DNA of 54,281 nt. It comes from an uncultured Candidatus Saccharibacteria bacterium. Its GTDB lineage: Bacteria; Patescibacteriota; Minisyncoccia; Ryanbacterales; HO2-45-13. The position numbers and the translations under genes were made by a program. The notes below the pieces were generated by a model. The model worked only from the letters and a program-made list of their open reading frames with translations, was not told the DNA's origin and did not search any database. The stretch spans positions 1-54,281 of the forward strand of contig CAYHBS010000001.1 in NCBI GenBank assembly GCA_964354975.1, written 5' to 3'. Each line of letters begins with the position of its first letter. The stretch's first letter is position 1. This document shows, piece by piece, positions 8,362-16,759 of this stretch.

Positions 8362-8958
8362 ATGAGGTTTCAATTCTTTACAATATCGTTCGTTTTACCA
8401 CTTGCGATTGCTATGTGTGGCAAGTCGGGCTTCGACGGAGTCGAGGCCGCATCGAAGTTGCCGACGGAGCGAGAGTTCCGCGAGCAAACGATCAGAGAAG
8501 CGGATGAGGCGTACGCGCTAAATCCATCCTTTTTCAGCGCCCTGCTTCAGTGGGGTCGTGAGGACGACGAGACTGCAAAGTTTCCGGACACGATTGAGGT
8601 AAAGAAATATCTCAATCTATCGGAAGCGAAAGTAGGGGATACTGTCGTAGTCAGAGTATCGTGGTACGGAAAAGAGTTCCACGGAAAGAAAACATCGACG
8701 GGAAAGATATTCGACATGCATGCTGCGTCGGTAGCAAGTCGGGTATTACTCCACGGTACTGTGATTCGAGTGTCTAACCCAAAAACGGGTAAAGCCACAA
8801 AACTCACTGTTGACGACCGTGGTCCGTACAAGTCCAACCGAGAGCTCGATCTCTCGTATGGAGCTGCCATTGAGCTCGGTACGGTTACCGATGGCGTCGC
8901 ACTTGTTGCCGTCACAATACTCTCGATTCCCGATAGCACGGTGAAAAAGAAAACATAA
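8362..8958 (+). CDS. RlpA-like (DPBB) lytic transglycosylase family protein, copy 1
   Basis: Signal-peptide-like N-terminus; SWYGKEFHGKKTSTG..FD and VDDRGPY...ELDLSYGAA; GGAGGT SD before ATG 8362. Confidence 0.85.
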   Translation: MRFQFFTISFVLPLAIAMCGKSGFDGVEAASKLPTEREFREQTIREADEAYALNPSFFSALLQWGREDDETAKFPDTIEVKKYLNLSEAKVGDTVVVRVSWYGKEFHGKKTSTGKIFDMHAASVASRVLLHGTVIRVSNPKTGKATKLTVDDRGPYKSNRELDLSYGAAIELGTVTDGVALVAVTILSIPDSTVKKKT

Positions 8959-8963
8959 GAAAA

Positions 8964-9005
8964 GGGCCCCACGAAACCGAAAGGAATCGTGGGGCCCAAT
9001 TTTTT
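8964..9005. terminator. Bidirectional terminator between convergent genes
   Basis: GGGCCCCACGA...TCGTGGGGCCC flanked by A and T tracts. Confidence 0.7.
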
Positions 9006-9945
9006 ATATTGCCTTCAGTGCTCTCCATAACGTCACGAGATGTAGCGGCAATGCTCGTCGGGTCATCGTTTGTTTCCAGAGGCGTGCGTAGCGCGCTGCC
9101 GTTTCAGAAGCGTTCGGCAGAGTGATATCAATCACCACCCCATCGTGATCCGAAAATGGTTTTGCCTTTCTGCGATTACAAATTGATACGGATGATACGC
9201 CGGTAGGATGAAATGCTCTTCCTACGCCAAACACATGATCCACTGTGCCTGTAGCGCGAAGAGGCAAGCTCACGCCATTGGAACATACATATGCGCTGTC
9301 TTGGGAAAGGTACTTCCATCGCAGCCGCTCCGTCATAAAGCGGAACACGCGTGAATCTTCCTTCGCGTTGAAGTCGCCCACGATGAGAACCGGCATCACA
9401 ACGGACGGACCCGCGATACGACGCGCAATTTGCGTGAGTTGTTTTTCGCGAATTCGGTCATAACCATCGTACGCTTGGAGGTGTGTATTCACGATACCGA
9501 ATCGCTCTCCGGTATCTTGATTGGTCAGCTGTGTCCATTGGTATCCCTTGTCGACGTATCCATCTCCTTGCCAGAATTTCCAATCAGGAGCTTCGGCCGA
9601 AAAATACTTCAAGGTCGCACACTCGAGGTTCCAGCAGTTCCGCACGAGCGTAAGGAGGCCCGTTTTTCTAATTGAATAGAAAAGTCCACCAATATTTGCA
9701 CCGGGTAAAAACCACGGCGGATATGCCTTCGTTTTGGCTCCGTCGCAAATGTGATACGACACACTCAACACTTCCGCAACCATGCGCACATATTTCTGAA
9801 AGAACAGTTCTTGCAGACAAATAACGTCGGGCAGTGGTCGAAGTTCAAGAAGCGCGCTCATCATATTCCGCAATCGTTGCGTTCGTTCTTCCGCAAGGTA
9901 TGGGACGAGAAATGTATTCCACGATACGACTCTTACGTCCACCAC
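9004..9945 (-). CDS. Endonuclease/exonuclease/phosphatase (EEP) family hydrolase, sphingomyelinase C-like
   Basis: SWNTF, DVICLQE, NTHLQA, GDFN, DH and SDH motifs. The start is placed after the GGAGGTG SD; the ORF track start is 9960. Confidence 0.8.
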   Translation of the reverse strand: MVDVRVVSWNTFLVPYLAEERTQRLRNMMSALLELRPLPDVICLQELFFQKYVRMVAEVLSVSYHICDGAKTKAYPPWFLPGANIGGLFYSIRKTGLLTLVRNCWNLECATLKYFSAEAPDWKFWQGDGYVDKGYQWTQLTNQDTGERFGIVNTHLQAYDGYDRIREKQLTQIARRIAGPSVVMPVLIVGDFNAKEDSRVFRFMTERLRWKYLSQDSAYVCSNGVSLPLRATGTVDHVFGVGRAFHPTGVSSVSICNRRKAKPFSDHDGVVIDITLPNASETAARYARLWKQTMTRRALPLHLVTLWRALKAI

Positions 9946-10116
9946 GTCCGTCACCTCCACTTTTTCTGATTACAGTGTACGCCAATATATCCATAAATGA
10001 AACATACATCGGCATACTCGAAGAATACCGTTTGATGGTGATGTTGGGAGACGTCGTATCAATGTGTCTAAAGATTCTGTATCAGTAAATTTTGCGTGAG
10101 CGTCATGTTTTTACTA

Positions 10117-10145
10117 TTGACACGTCTCCATTTTACAGATAAGAT
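10117..10145 (+). promoter_or_regulatory. Putative sigma70 promoter
   Basis: TTGACA-17bp-TAAGAT upstream of RlpA-like gene 2. Confidence 0.6.
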
Positions 10146-10220
10146 CCGACTACGAACGAGCTCATAGAGAAGTCGAAGCAGGATTTCTCCATTCGCTTGC
10201 ATATTTGCAGGAGGTGTCTC

Positions 10221-10673
10221 ATGCGGAAATCCGCAATTGTTCTTTTTTCATTCTTTTTCTTTGCGTGGCTTTTGGATCTCAGAGATTCAGTTCCGGCATA
10301 CGCACATTCGTGCCAAGTGGGGTATCGCGGTGTGTGCGCCTCATACTACGACGGCAACTTTATCGGTCGTACAATGGCCAATGGTGAGCGGTATCATACC
10401 GATACGTACGCGGTTGCTCATCGATGCCGACCCTTCGGGCAGATGGTCCAGATCACAAACCTACGCAACGGAAAGTCCGTTGTTGTAGAGGTGAAAGATC
10501 GAGGACCATATCCTGAAATGCTCGGGAACAAAAAACCCATTGCCTACGATCTGACTCTCCAACCAGCGAAGGATCTCGGCATGACCAAAGACGGAGTGGT
10601 GCCGATCGACGTGGTCACACTGTACACGCCACGGAACGCGAAGTATCCGTGCGGAAAGAAAAACAAAACATGA
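10221..10673 (+). CDS. RlpA-like (DPBB) lytic transglycosylase family protein, copy 2
   Basis: Signal peptide; ASYY...GRTMANGE, VAHRCRPFG, NLRNGKSVVVEVKDRGPY; AGGAGGT SD. Confidence 0.85.
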   Translation: MRKSAIVLFSFFFFAWLLDLRDSVPAYAHSCQVGYRGVCASYYDGNFIGRTMANGERYHTDTYAVAHRCRPFGQMVQITNLRNGKSVVVEVKDRGPYPEMLGNKKPIAYDLTLQPAKDLGMTKDGVVPIDVVTLYTPRNAKYPCGKKNKT

Positions 10674-10698
10674 TTACCCTCGCAAAAGGGTCACAACC

Positions 10699-10769
10699 TC
10701 ACCGCCCCGAGCAAGTCGACGGGCGGTGAATTTTTTATTAAAGCGGGCGGAACCGATTGGTTCCGCCCG
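10699..10769. terminator. Back-to-back terminators of convergent genes
   Basis: TCACCGCCC...GGGCGGTGA with a T tract, and CGGGCGGAACC-GATT-GGTTCCGCCCG. Confidence 0.65.
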
Positions 10770-10792
10770 AACTTTGTTTGAGTGGGGAAGTG

Positions 10793-11278
10793 CTACTTCA
10801 CCCAGCCTTGTTCGATAGCGACACGCGCAAGCAGTATCCTCTGATGAATTCCAGTGCGCTCAAAGATCGTGTCCAAATTTGAATTCACGGTTTCTTCAGA
10901 GATATGGTTTGCTACTGCTATTTGTGCAGTCGATAGCCCCGCGCACACACCCGCAAGGAGTAGCCGCTGCTTCTCGGTGGGAATGTACGTTTGTACCTCC
11001 ATCGAATCGTAACGCATTTCTGGAAACCACTGATCACGTGCTACAAGCGCAACGACAGCAACGCGATTTCCAAGCCTTAGCTTTCGTAACATGCGCCTGA
11101 TGTGGTATTTCACTTGCTCGACGGAAAGACGCATTTCGAGCGCAATTTCCGCCGTTAACTGGGGCATATAAGATCTGCGGATAATTTCGATGTCGATGCT
11201 TGACAGTCCGCAATCAAATGGAATTGTCACCAGTTCGATTTTTCCCTCGGTATGTTTGAACCCAAGTACTGTACCCAC
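10793..11278 (-). CDS. Protein with two tandem LuxR/GerE-type HTH domains and no receiver domain
   Basis: LTAEIALEMRLSVEQVKYHIRRMLRKLRLGNRV and TEKQRLLL...GLSTAQIA...ISEETVNSNLDTIFERTGIHQR; GAGGTG SD. Confidence 0.75.
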   Translation of the reverse strand: MGTVLGFKHTEGKIELVTIPFDCGLSSIDIEIIRRSYMPQLTAEIALEMRLSVEQVKYHIRRMLRKLRLGNRVAVVALVARDQWFPEMRYDSMEVQTYIPTEKQRLLLAGVCAGLSTAQIAVANHISEETVNSNLDTIFERTGIHQRILLARVAIEQGWVK

Positions 11279-11454
11279 AGCCGCACCTCACTTTTTTTGA
11301 TGCGCAGATCATACTACATTTCAATGCAATTACAAGTGCAAATGACATCCTCCCCGCAGTTCCTGCGGGGTTTCCTGGTAACAAAAAAATTGGGCGCCAC
11401 AAGTGTGGCGCCCCTTTGTTGGTCCCACTGCGTTCACAGGGGAGAAGTTATCGT

Positions 11455-11820
11455 TTATGCCCCCATGGGCTGCTGGTGATATGGTCTACGCAGAACCGGG
11501 TCTTTCGGAACGTTCGGTCGCGCCATGCCCGATTCATCGATGCCGAGCTTTGCTTGAACCTCCTGCAACGCGAGCACCTTGTCGATGGAGCTCACACCGA
11601 AGGCTTCGCACACCCGAACGAGGTACGACCGCACCGCCTTCACGGTAACGGGGTATTGGTCAGGTCCGGGGGCCATGCGCGACGGCATGGCGTTCGGCGG
11701 AAGACCCATGGCGGCGAGCTCGAGTACTTCTTGCTGCCGCATGGAAAGCCCATCGAGCTTTTCGGCATTCGTCTTGACTACCTTCTCACCACCACACCCA
11801 TTGTGTTTCTTCATCCACAT
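11455..11820 (-). CDS. Hypothetical protein with a divergent LuxR-like HTH
   Basis: LSMRQQEVLELAAMGL...VTVKAVRSYLVRVCEAFGVSS; AGGAGG SD; downstream hairpin GGGCGCCAC..GTGGCGCCC. Confidence 0.55.
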   Translation of the reverse strand: MWMKKHNGCGGEKVVKTNAEKLDGLSMRQQEVLELAAMGLPPNAMPSRMAPGPDQYPVTVKAVRSYLVRVCEAFGVSSIDKVLALQEVQAKLGIDESGMARPNVPKDPVLRRPYHQQPMGA

Positions 11821-11924
11821 CTCCTCCTATAGAGATTTCCACATTGTATGCTTTCACAAACGGCCGTCAAGAGTGGTGCGCATTGACCATTGTGTATATC
11901 TGTGACATGCTGGAAGCATCATTT

Positions 11925-12233
11925 ATGCCTCGCTTTCAGCGGACAGTAGAGATGTTTGTATGCGAACACTGTGCGAACGAAGTGAGTGGGGATGGATATA
12001 CCAACCACTGTCCTTTGTGCTTGTGGTCCAAACACGTCGATATCTGGCCGGGCGACCGTAAAGCCATGTGCCGCGGACTCATGCGGCCTGTGGGTGCAGA
12101 AATTCGTAAAGGTGGACATCGATTAGTGCATGAATGCGTGCATTGTGGCTATCGCTCAACCAACCGACTTGCGGTGGGGGACAACATGGAGCGTTACATC
12201 ACCATCATGACGGAGCGGGCAAGTAGAAATTAA
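11925..12233 (+). CDS. RNHCP domain Zn-binding protein
   Basis: FVCEHC...TNHCPLCLWSKHVD..PGDR...CRGLMRP...HECVHCG. Confidence 0.85.
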   Translation: MPRFQRTVEMFVCEHCANEVSGDGYTNHCPLCLWSKHVDIWPGDRKAMCRGLMRPVGAEIRKGGHRLVHECVHCGYRSTNRLAVGDNMERYITIMTERASRN

Positions 12234-12272
12234 ATACCGGGCACACAACGGTTCTTTAAGAGGGGGTGCGAT

Positions 12273-12407
12273 GTGAACTCGTTTCAACGGTTGGCGTACG
12301 ACTTCGTACAGGTTTTTGTTTTTGCGGGCGCATTTTGGATCGTGATCCAAGTGGTGCTGAAACTACTCAACAATGTGGCGCCGCCAGAACCGCGAAATGA
12401 TAAATAA
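12273..12407 (+). CDS. Small 44-aa single-TM protein (not in ORF track)
   Basis: AGGGGGTG SD and GTG start; MNSFQRLAYDFVQVFVFAGAFWIVIQVVLKLLNNVAPPEPRNDK. Confidence 0.5.
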   Translation: MNSFQRLAYDFVQVFVFAGAFWIVIQVVLKLLNNVAPPEPRNDK

Positions 12408-12509
12408 AGGAACTGCTCTTGGTGTCGTGCCACTCACGATGTGGGTGGCGTGGTGCGGTCAAAATGAGTGGAAGTCCACTAAAATTATAATGTGCATACA
12501 CATGCCGAT

Positions 12510-12562
12510 GCCCGTGGTCCACTATCCGTCTGCGTACGGAAGTGGATCACGGGCTTTTTTTT
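12510..12562 (+). terminator. Long-stem intrinsic terminator
   Basis: GCCCGTGGTCCACT...AGTGGATCACGGGC followed by T8. Confidence 0.6.
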
Positions 12563-12575
12563 ATACAATCATAAA

Positions 12576-12607
12576 AACATCCACACCAAGGTCTTGGTGT
12601 GGATGTT
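12576..12607 (-). terminator. Terminator after rpmA
   Basis: ACATCCACACCAAG-GT-CTTGGTGTGGATGT hairpin with an A tract on its left. Confidence 0.65.
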
Positions 12608-12624
12608 GAGAACAAACGGAATAC

Positions 12625-12900
12625 TTATGAAACGACACTCACTACCTTTCGGCGTGTCACCGTGCCGTCAAAATTCTTTTTGCGCCTTTCAGAAAACACG
12701 ACGGTACCGATGCTGACGGAATAGAGCGTGTGGTCTTTGCCCATGCGAACATTCGTACCTGCGGTGTAGCGACTACCGCGCTGGCGCACTAAAATTGCGC
12801 CCGGTTTTGCGCGCTCGCCGGAGAACAATTTCACGCCGAGATATTTTGCCGCTGAGTCGCGTGCATTCTGTGTGGAACCGCCCGATTTTGTATGTGCCAT
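12625..12900 (-). CDS. rpmA: 50S ribosomal protein L27
   Basis: MAHTKSGGSTQNARDS..KYLGVK, ILVRQRG, GKDHTL. Confidence 0.97.
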   Translation of the reverse strand: MAHTKSGGSTQNARDSAAKYLGVKLFSGERAKPGAILVRQRGSRYTAGTNVRMGKDHTLYSVSIGTVVFSERRKKNFDGTVTRRKVVSVVS

Positions 12901-12936
12901 AAAGCGTTATATTATGATAGTGAAGATAACTTGCGC

Positions 12937-13272
12937 ATGATACGACGAATTCAGGAAATAATCAAGAACACGCCAGAGATTGTTGCGGCAGTTGATGGCC
13001 TCCTCGCCGCGCTCACTGTGATCGCGATCGTAGGCCTCATGCTCTGGCTGCAGCGAGGAAGCGAGCTGACGGGACCACAATTCATTGACGAAGCGTTTAC
13101 GGTTCGTTTTGCCGATGACACCACTCTGCCATACGGCGCAAGTATCCATGGAGAAAAATATTACCCAGTGGGATGCAAAGGGATCGGCCGAATTAAGCTG
13201 GAAAATCGCATTTATTTTAGTTCAGTGATTGAGGCGACAGGTGCGGGCTACACGGCCGCTTCCGGTTGTTGA
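12937..13272 (+). CDS. Membrane-anchored protein with an Ada-like metal-binding C-terminal domain
   Basis: TM segment, then ASIHGEKYYPVGC...IKLENRIYFSSVIEATGAGY...C. Confidence 0.6.
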   Translation: MIRRIQEIIKNTPEIVAAVDGLLAALTVIAIVGLMLWLQRGSELTGPQFIDEAFTVRFADDTTLPYGASIHGEKYYPVGCKGIGRIKLENRIYFSSVIEATGAGYTAASGC

Positions 13273-14441
13273 GTGTCAGCATCGCTCATTCCTGGTTTCA
13301 GCGACGACGTGCGAAGCGTCGTAAATGTTTTCATTATTTTTGCCTCGGCCTCTATCTGGTTTTTTAATGCATCAGGCAACTTTGCAAGTATCGTTTTTAG
13401 TTTTTTTTCGCTCGGTTCTAAGAGTAAATTCGCAAACTCGGTTCCCGCGAGAATTTCAGAGACTTTTGTGATGTTATAACTCGTGCGCGTTTGTTCACTC
13501 GCGGCGAGTACATTACTTCCTGAAAACAGTCTCGTGAGTTTCTGATCCTCCATGTAGGCGCGAAGTTGCTCACTGATTTGAGTCAATTTTGTTTCGTCAG
13601 TATCCATGCGATCAGAGAGTTCAAAGTATTCTTTTAATAATGCGTCGGCATCAATAGGAGTTTCAGATGTTTGTTCGCCAGGTTTTCCGTACATATGCTT
13701 CCATGCGGGACAAAACGGTTTGTATCCGCACCAATTGCAAAGTTCAGACGGACGGGGAGGGAAGGCGCCTTCGGCGGTGCGTTTTTCTATGGCTTGTATA
13801 GTCTCTACTACTTTGCGTCCCGTTTCCTCTGGTGAAAGCGCACTGCTTGTAACAGATAATTTTTCACCGGCACGAAGAAAATATAGTGATAATTGAATAC
13901 GTTCGGGAGTCAGTTGCGGCCAGCGCTTGAGTGCACTCATGCGATAAATCTGTAATTGCAAGTTATTGTTTACATCGTCTTGAGAGGGAAGTTTCCGCGA
14001 CGTTTTGTAGTCAATGATTTCGTAGGAGCCGTCTTCGAGCACGTCTATACGATCAATGATGCCCGCAAGGGTATGAGCTTCATTGCCTACTGCGTCACGT
14101 AGCGGCATCTCAAATCGTGTTTCGAGTCCAATGATGTTATAGGTCCAGGGAGGATTTTTTTTCCAAAATCTGCGAATGAGTTGTTCCCCGAGCGCAGTGA
14201 AGCGCTCCTTTTCATTGTCAGCAATTGCGGAAGGTGCGATGCTACTCCGAAAATACGACACCACCTCCTCCTCGGTAGGGAATACCGGATCTTTCGAAAA
14301 CATATACTTGAGCGCGGCGTGTACAAGCGTGCCAAAAATTGCTTCCTTACTTTTAGGAACTTTGAGGCGCTCAATTTCTTGAAACTCATATTTTTTGGGG
14401 CACTGCGTAAATGTTTCCAGTGCCGAAAAACTCGTCCGCAT
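13248..14441 (-). CDS. PD-(D/E)XK nuclease (RecB/AddB/Cas4-like) with a C-terminal helical extension
   Basis: SFSALETFTQCP, FGTLVH, GIIDRID, IIDYKT, QLQIY, CNWCGYKPFC. Confidence 0.88.
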   Translation of the reverse strand: MRTSFSALETFTQCPKKYEFQEIERLKVPKSKEAIFGTLVHAALKYMFSKDPVFPTEEEVVSYFRSSIAPSAIADNEKERFTALGEQLIRRFWKKNPPWTYNIIGLETRFEMPLRDAVGNEAHTLAGIIDRIDVLEDGSYEIIDYKTSRKLPSQDDVNNNLQLQIYRMSALKRWPQLTPERIQLSLYFLRAGEKLSVTSSALSPEETGRKVVETIQAIEKRTAEGAFPPRPSELCNWCGYKPFCPAWKHMYGKPGEQTSETPIDADALLKEYFELSDRMDTDETKLTQISEQLRAYMEDQKLTRLFSGSNVLAASEQTRTSYNITKVSEILAGTEFANLLLEPSEKKLKTILAKLPDALKNQIEAEAKIMKTFTTLRTSSLKPGMSDADTQQPEAAV

Positions 14442-14523
14442 ATTCGTAGTGTAGCAGATGCTAATTCCTTGTTATATCTAAGGACAATGATACTATAACC
14501 TACAGAAAAGGGAGGGAGTGATT

Positions 14524-14691
14524 ATGGCTGAAAAACAAAAGGCTAACAAACATACTGGCAGGATAGCCCCTACATTGGATCAATGGGAGAAGCTCACCGA
14601 TATACAAAAGGATCGCATTGTAGGTAACCTGCTCAAAGTGGGCACCGTTCGCGGCACTGTCTTACTTTTAATGCGTAATGGTTTGCTATGA
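14524..14691 (+). CDS. Small hypothetical protein (55 aa; not in ORF track)
   Basis: GGGAGGGAG SD; MAEKQKANKHTGRIAPTLDQWEKLTDIQKDRIVGNLLKVGTVRGTVLLLMRNGLL. Confidence 0.5.
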   Translation: MAEKQKANKHTGRIAPTLDQWEKLTDIQKDRIVGNLLKVGTVRGTVLLLMRNGLL

Positions 14692-14707
14692 AAAGTGCGG
14701 GGGTCGC

Positions 14708-15013
14708 ATGAGCATCTTCGGTGATGACCCGTATCAACATGTTGATCATCTGTACATACGCCGCCGCGCGTCAGATTACGACGTACTTCTCACGCTAGTA
14801 CGCTGCGGTTGGGGAGGGCAGATCATTCAGGTTGAAGAGCCCTTCGAACGCAGTCATCCACAACGATTCAAAACACCAATGCTCTTGACGCGAAATCAAA
14901 TGTATTCCGGGGAAAAAGAAATATATCAGTACATCAACCGAGTGCGACACGAGAGACATCGCAATAAATTCGTTGCGAAAAAGCAGCGAATAAATAAAGA
15001 CCCAACTCAGTGA
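14708..15013 (+). CDS. Hypothetical protein
   Basis: ORF follows the 55-aa gene. GGGGG before ATG 14708; no recognisable motif. Confidence 0.45.
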   Translation: MSIFGDDPYQHVDHLYIRRRASDYDVLLTLVRCGWGGQIIQVEEPFERSHPQRFKTPMLLTRNQMYSGEKEIYQYINRVRHERHRNKFVAKKQRINKDPTQ

Positions 15014-15308
15014 GGGAAGGGTCTTTTTCTTAAACAATGTTATATTGATAGCATGTCGCACAATATACCTTTTACGACATACGATATGGGTAAAACTGCG
15101 GCACTCACCTATCCATATATATTTGAACGACCATCACAGATACGTGAAATATAACCCAAAATTGCCCTGTATAGGTAATTCTATGCCGATACGAGTGTTA
15201 GTACTTACCTGTTTGTACGGCACATATTTTCGAAAAAAACCTGTGCTATGTCGTTCTGACAATTTTGCCAAATTGACCGTTGTTACAGGTATCCCAGTAC
15301 CTTTTGCG

Positions 15309-15497
15309 TTACCTGACTGCGCCCCAAAATTGACCCCAGAGAGGCTTAAGGTATGTCTGCCATAGTTCCACGAGTTTCCCGGTGACATACGAAAAGTTTT
15401 CACGAACGGTGTGATCGTTAAACAGTGACGCAATGTTGACGCCAAGTAAACTTAAAATAATAATGACGAGGACAAAAATTATAATCCAACGAATCAT
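15309..15497 (-). CDS. Small membrane protein
   Basis: Hydrophobic N-terminus; lies 11 bp downstream of the M23 gene in the same operon. Confidence 0.7.
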   Translation of the reverse strand: MIRWIIIFVLVIIILSLLGVNIASLFNDHTVRENFSYVTGKLVELWQTYLKPLWGQFWGAVR

Positions 15498-15508
15498 AAC
15501 GTATTTTT

Positions 15509-16759
15509 TTACAAATAATCGAGCGGATTTACGTACCCTCCAAATGGCAGATATTTGCAGCGGCCACTTTTCGACGGTCCAAATTTTACGGTACCAGCGT
15601 CATATACCGTAAAATGCAAATGCGGTCCCGTAGAGTATCCCGTCTGACCACTAAACGCGATGATCTGCCCTCGTTTGACAACTGCGCCTTTTGTGGTGTT
15701 GAAACCAGAGAGATGTCCGTAGATTGTCGCTAGTCCATTTGCATGGCGCAGGAGTACCCATTTGCCGTATGAGCCTCCGGGACACGTCAGATCCGTGTTT
15801 CCGATATCCCACACTTCCCCATCATCTGCAGCTAAAATTGGAGTGCCGAGTCGCGCGCGAAGATCAATGCCATTATGCCCCTGTCCTTTGTAAATATCGG
15901 TGCGTGCGGTTGCGAATTCGGTAAAACCAAAACCCTGCGTGATCACCGGATTTTCCACAGGCCACGCGAGCACGCCGGATTTTTTTGACGGAAGTCGCGA
16001 CGGATCAATCAATTTCTGCAGTTCGTATTCCATCGCACTAATTTCATCCTGCAGGGCCTTGCGCTCCGCTTCGCGTTCTCTCAACAACTTTTGATATGCG
16101 GTTTCGCTCTGTTTTGTTTGTGTTAATAGTTGAGATTTTTCATTTTTTACTTCGGTTTCTGTTGACTTTCTCGTGACGAGATTATTTTTTAAACTCGCAA
16201 GTTTTGTCTGTTCCGCCTCGGTAGACATCTTGCTTTGTTCGAGTGCAACTTTAGCATTTGTGAGCATCCCAATATTTTGCGCAATAGCATCATCGAGTGT
16301 GTTGAGATATTCCACCTGATCAAAGAATTCGGAAATCTGATCATTGGCGATGACAATTTCAAACAAACTTTGTCCGTCATTTTCGCGAAGAGATCGCAGG
16401 AGCGATGCAATCGCCATTTTTTGCTCTGCAATAGACTGCGTACGATCACCAATTTCGCCGGATAACACTTCGATGGTCAGTTCTGCTTTTTCAATCTGCT
16501 TCGTATTGAGACGAATATCTGCTTCGAGTTGTTTGATTTTATTATTCAGATTCGTCACCTCTGCGGTCAGTGTTTGTTTTTGTTTTCCCACGGTGTTCAA
16601 CGTTGATTGTGTCGCTTCAATTTGCTTTTCAAGTTCCTGAATTTCCTGTTGCTTTGAGGTAATTTGTGATTTGAGCTCATCCACATTTGCCGACCACGTG
16701 CGTGACGGAGCAATAAGCACTATCAGGATTGCCAAGATGACAAAGCGAAGAGATTTCAT
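15509..16759 (-). CDS. M23 peptidase with a long coiled coil (EnvC/PcsB-like architecture)
   Basis: Signal peptide, ~230-aa coiled coil, HNGID and TGPHLHF zinc motifs. Confidence 0.9.
   Translation of the reverse strand: MKSLRFVILAILIVLIAPSRTWSANVDELKSQITSKQQEIQELEKQIEATQSTLNTVGKQKQTLTAEVTNLNNKIKQLEADIRLNTKQIEKAELTIEVLSGEIGDRTQSIAEQKMAIASLLRSLRENDGQSLFEIVIANDQISEFFDQVEYLNTLDDAIAQNIGMLTNAKVALEQSKMSTEAEQTKLASLKNNLVTRKSTETEVKNEKSQLLTQTKQSETAYQKLLREREAERKALQDEISAMEYELQKLIDPSRLPSKKSGVLAWPVENPVITQGFGFTEFATARTDIYKGQGHNGIDLRARLGTPILAADDGEVWDIGNTDLTCPGGSYGKWVLLRHANGLATIYGHLSGFNTTKGAVVKRGQIIAFSGQTGYSTGPHLHFTVYDAGTVKFGPSKSGRCKYLPFGGYVNPLDYL

Noticed and set aside
923-10673. Alternative genetic code (TGA = Gly)
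   Set aside because: TGA ends genes at the expected position just before terminators (1120, 10673), and conserved genes have no in-frame TGA.
11416-11905. Plus-strand ORFs of 138 and 108 aa, and many similar shadow ORFs elsewhere
   Set aside because: They are antisense to better-supported genes and have no SD or recognisable motifs.
845-12562. Integron cassette array or prophage
   Set aside because: No integrase, attC-like sites or phage structural genes were seen. The intergenic hairpins are unrelated and look like terminators.
12890-12922. dif-like sequence near the change in dominant gene orientation
   Set aside because: CATAA...TTATG are separated by 9 bp rather than 6 and the right arm is a poor match. 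It overlaps the rpmA start and promoter.
15014-15308. Possible ncRNA or ORFs (15045..15365, 15134..15445)
   Set aside because: Only weak hairpins are present, with no recognisable RNA family, SD or protein-like composition.
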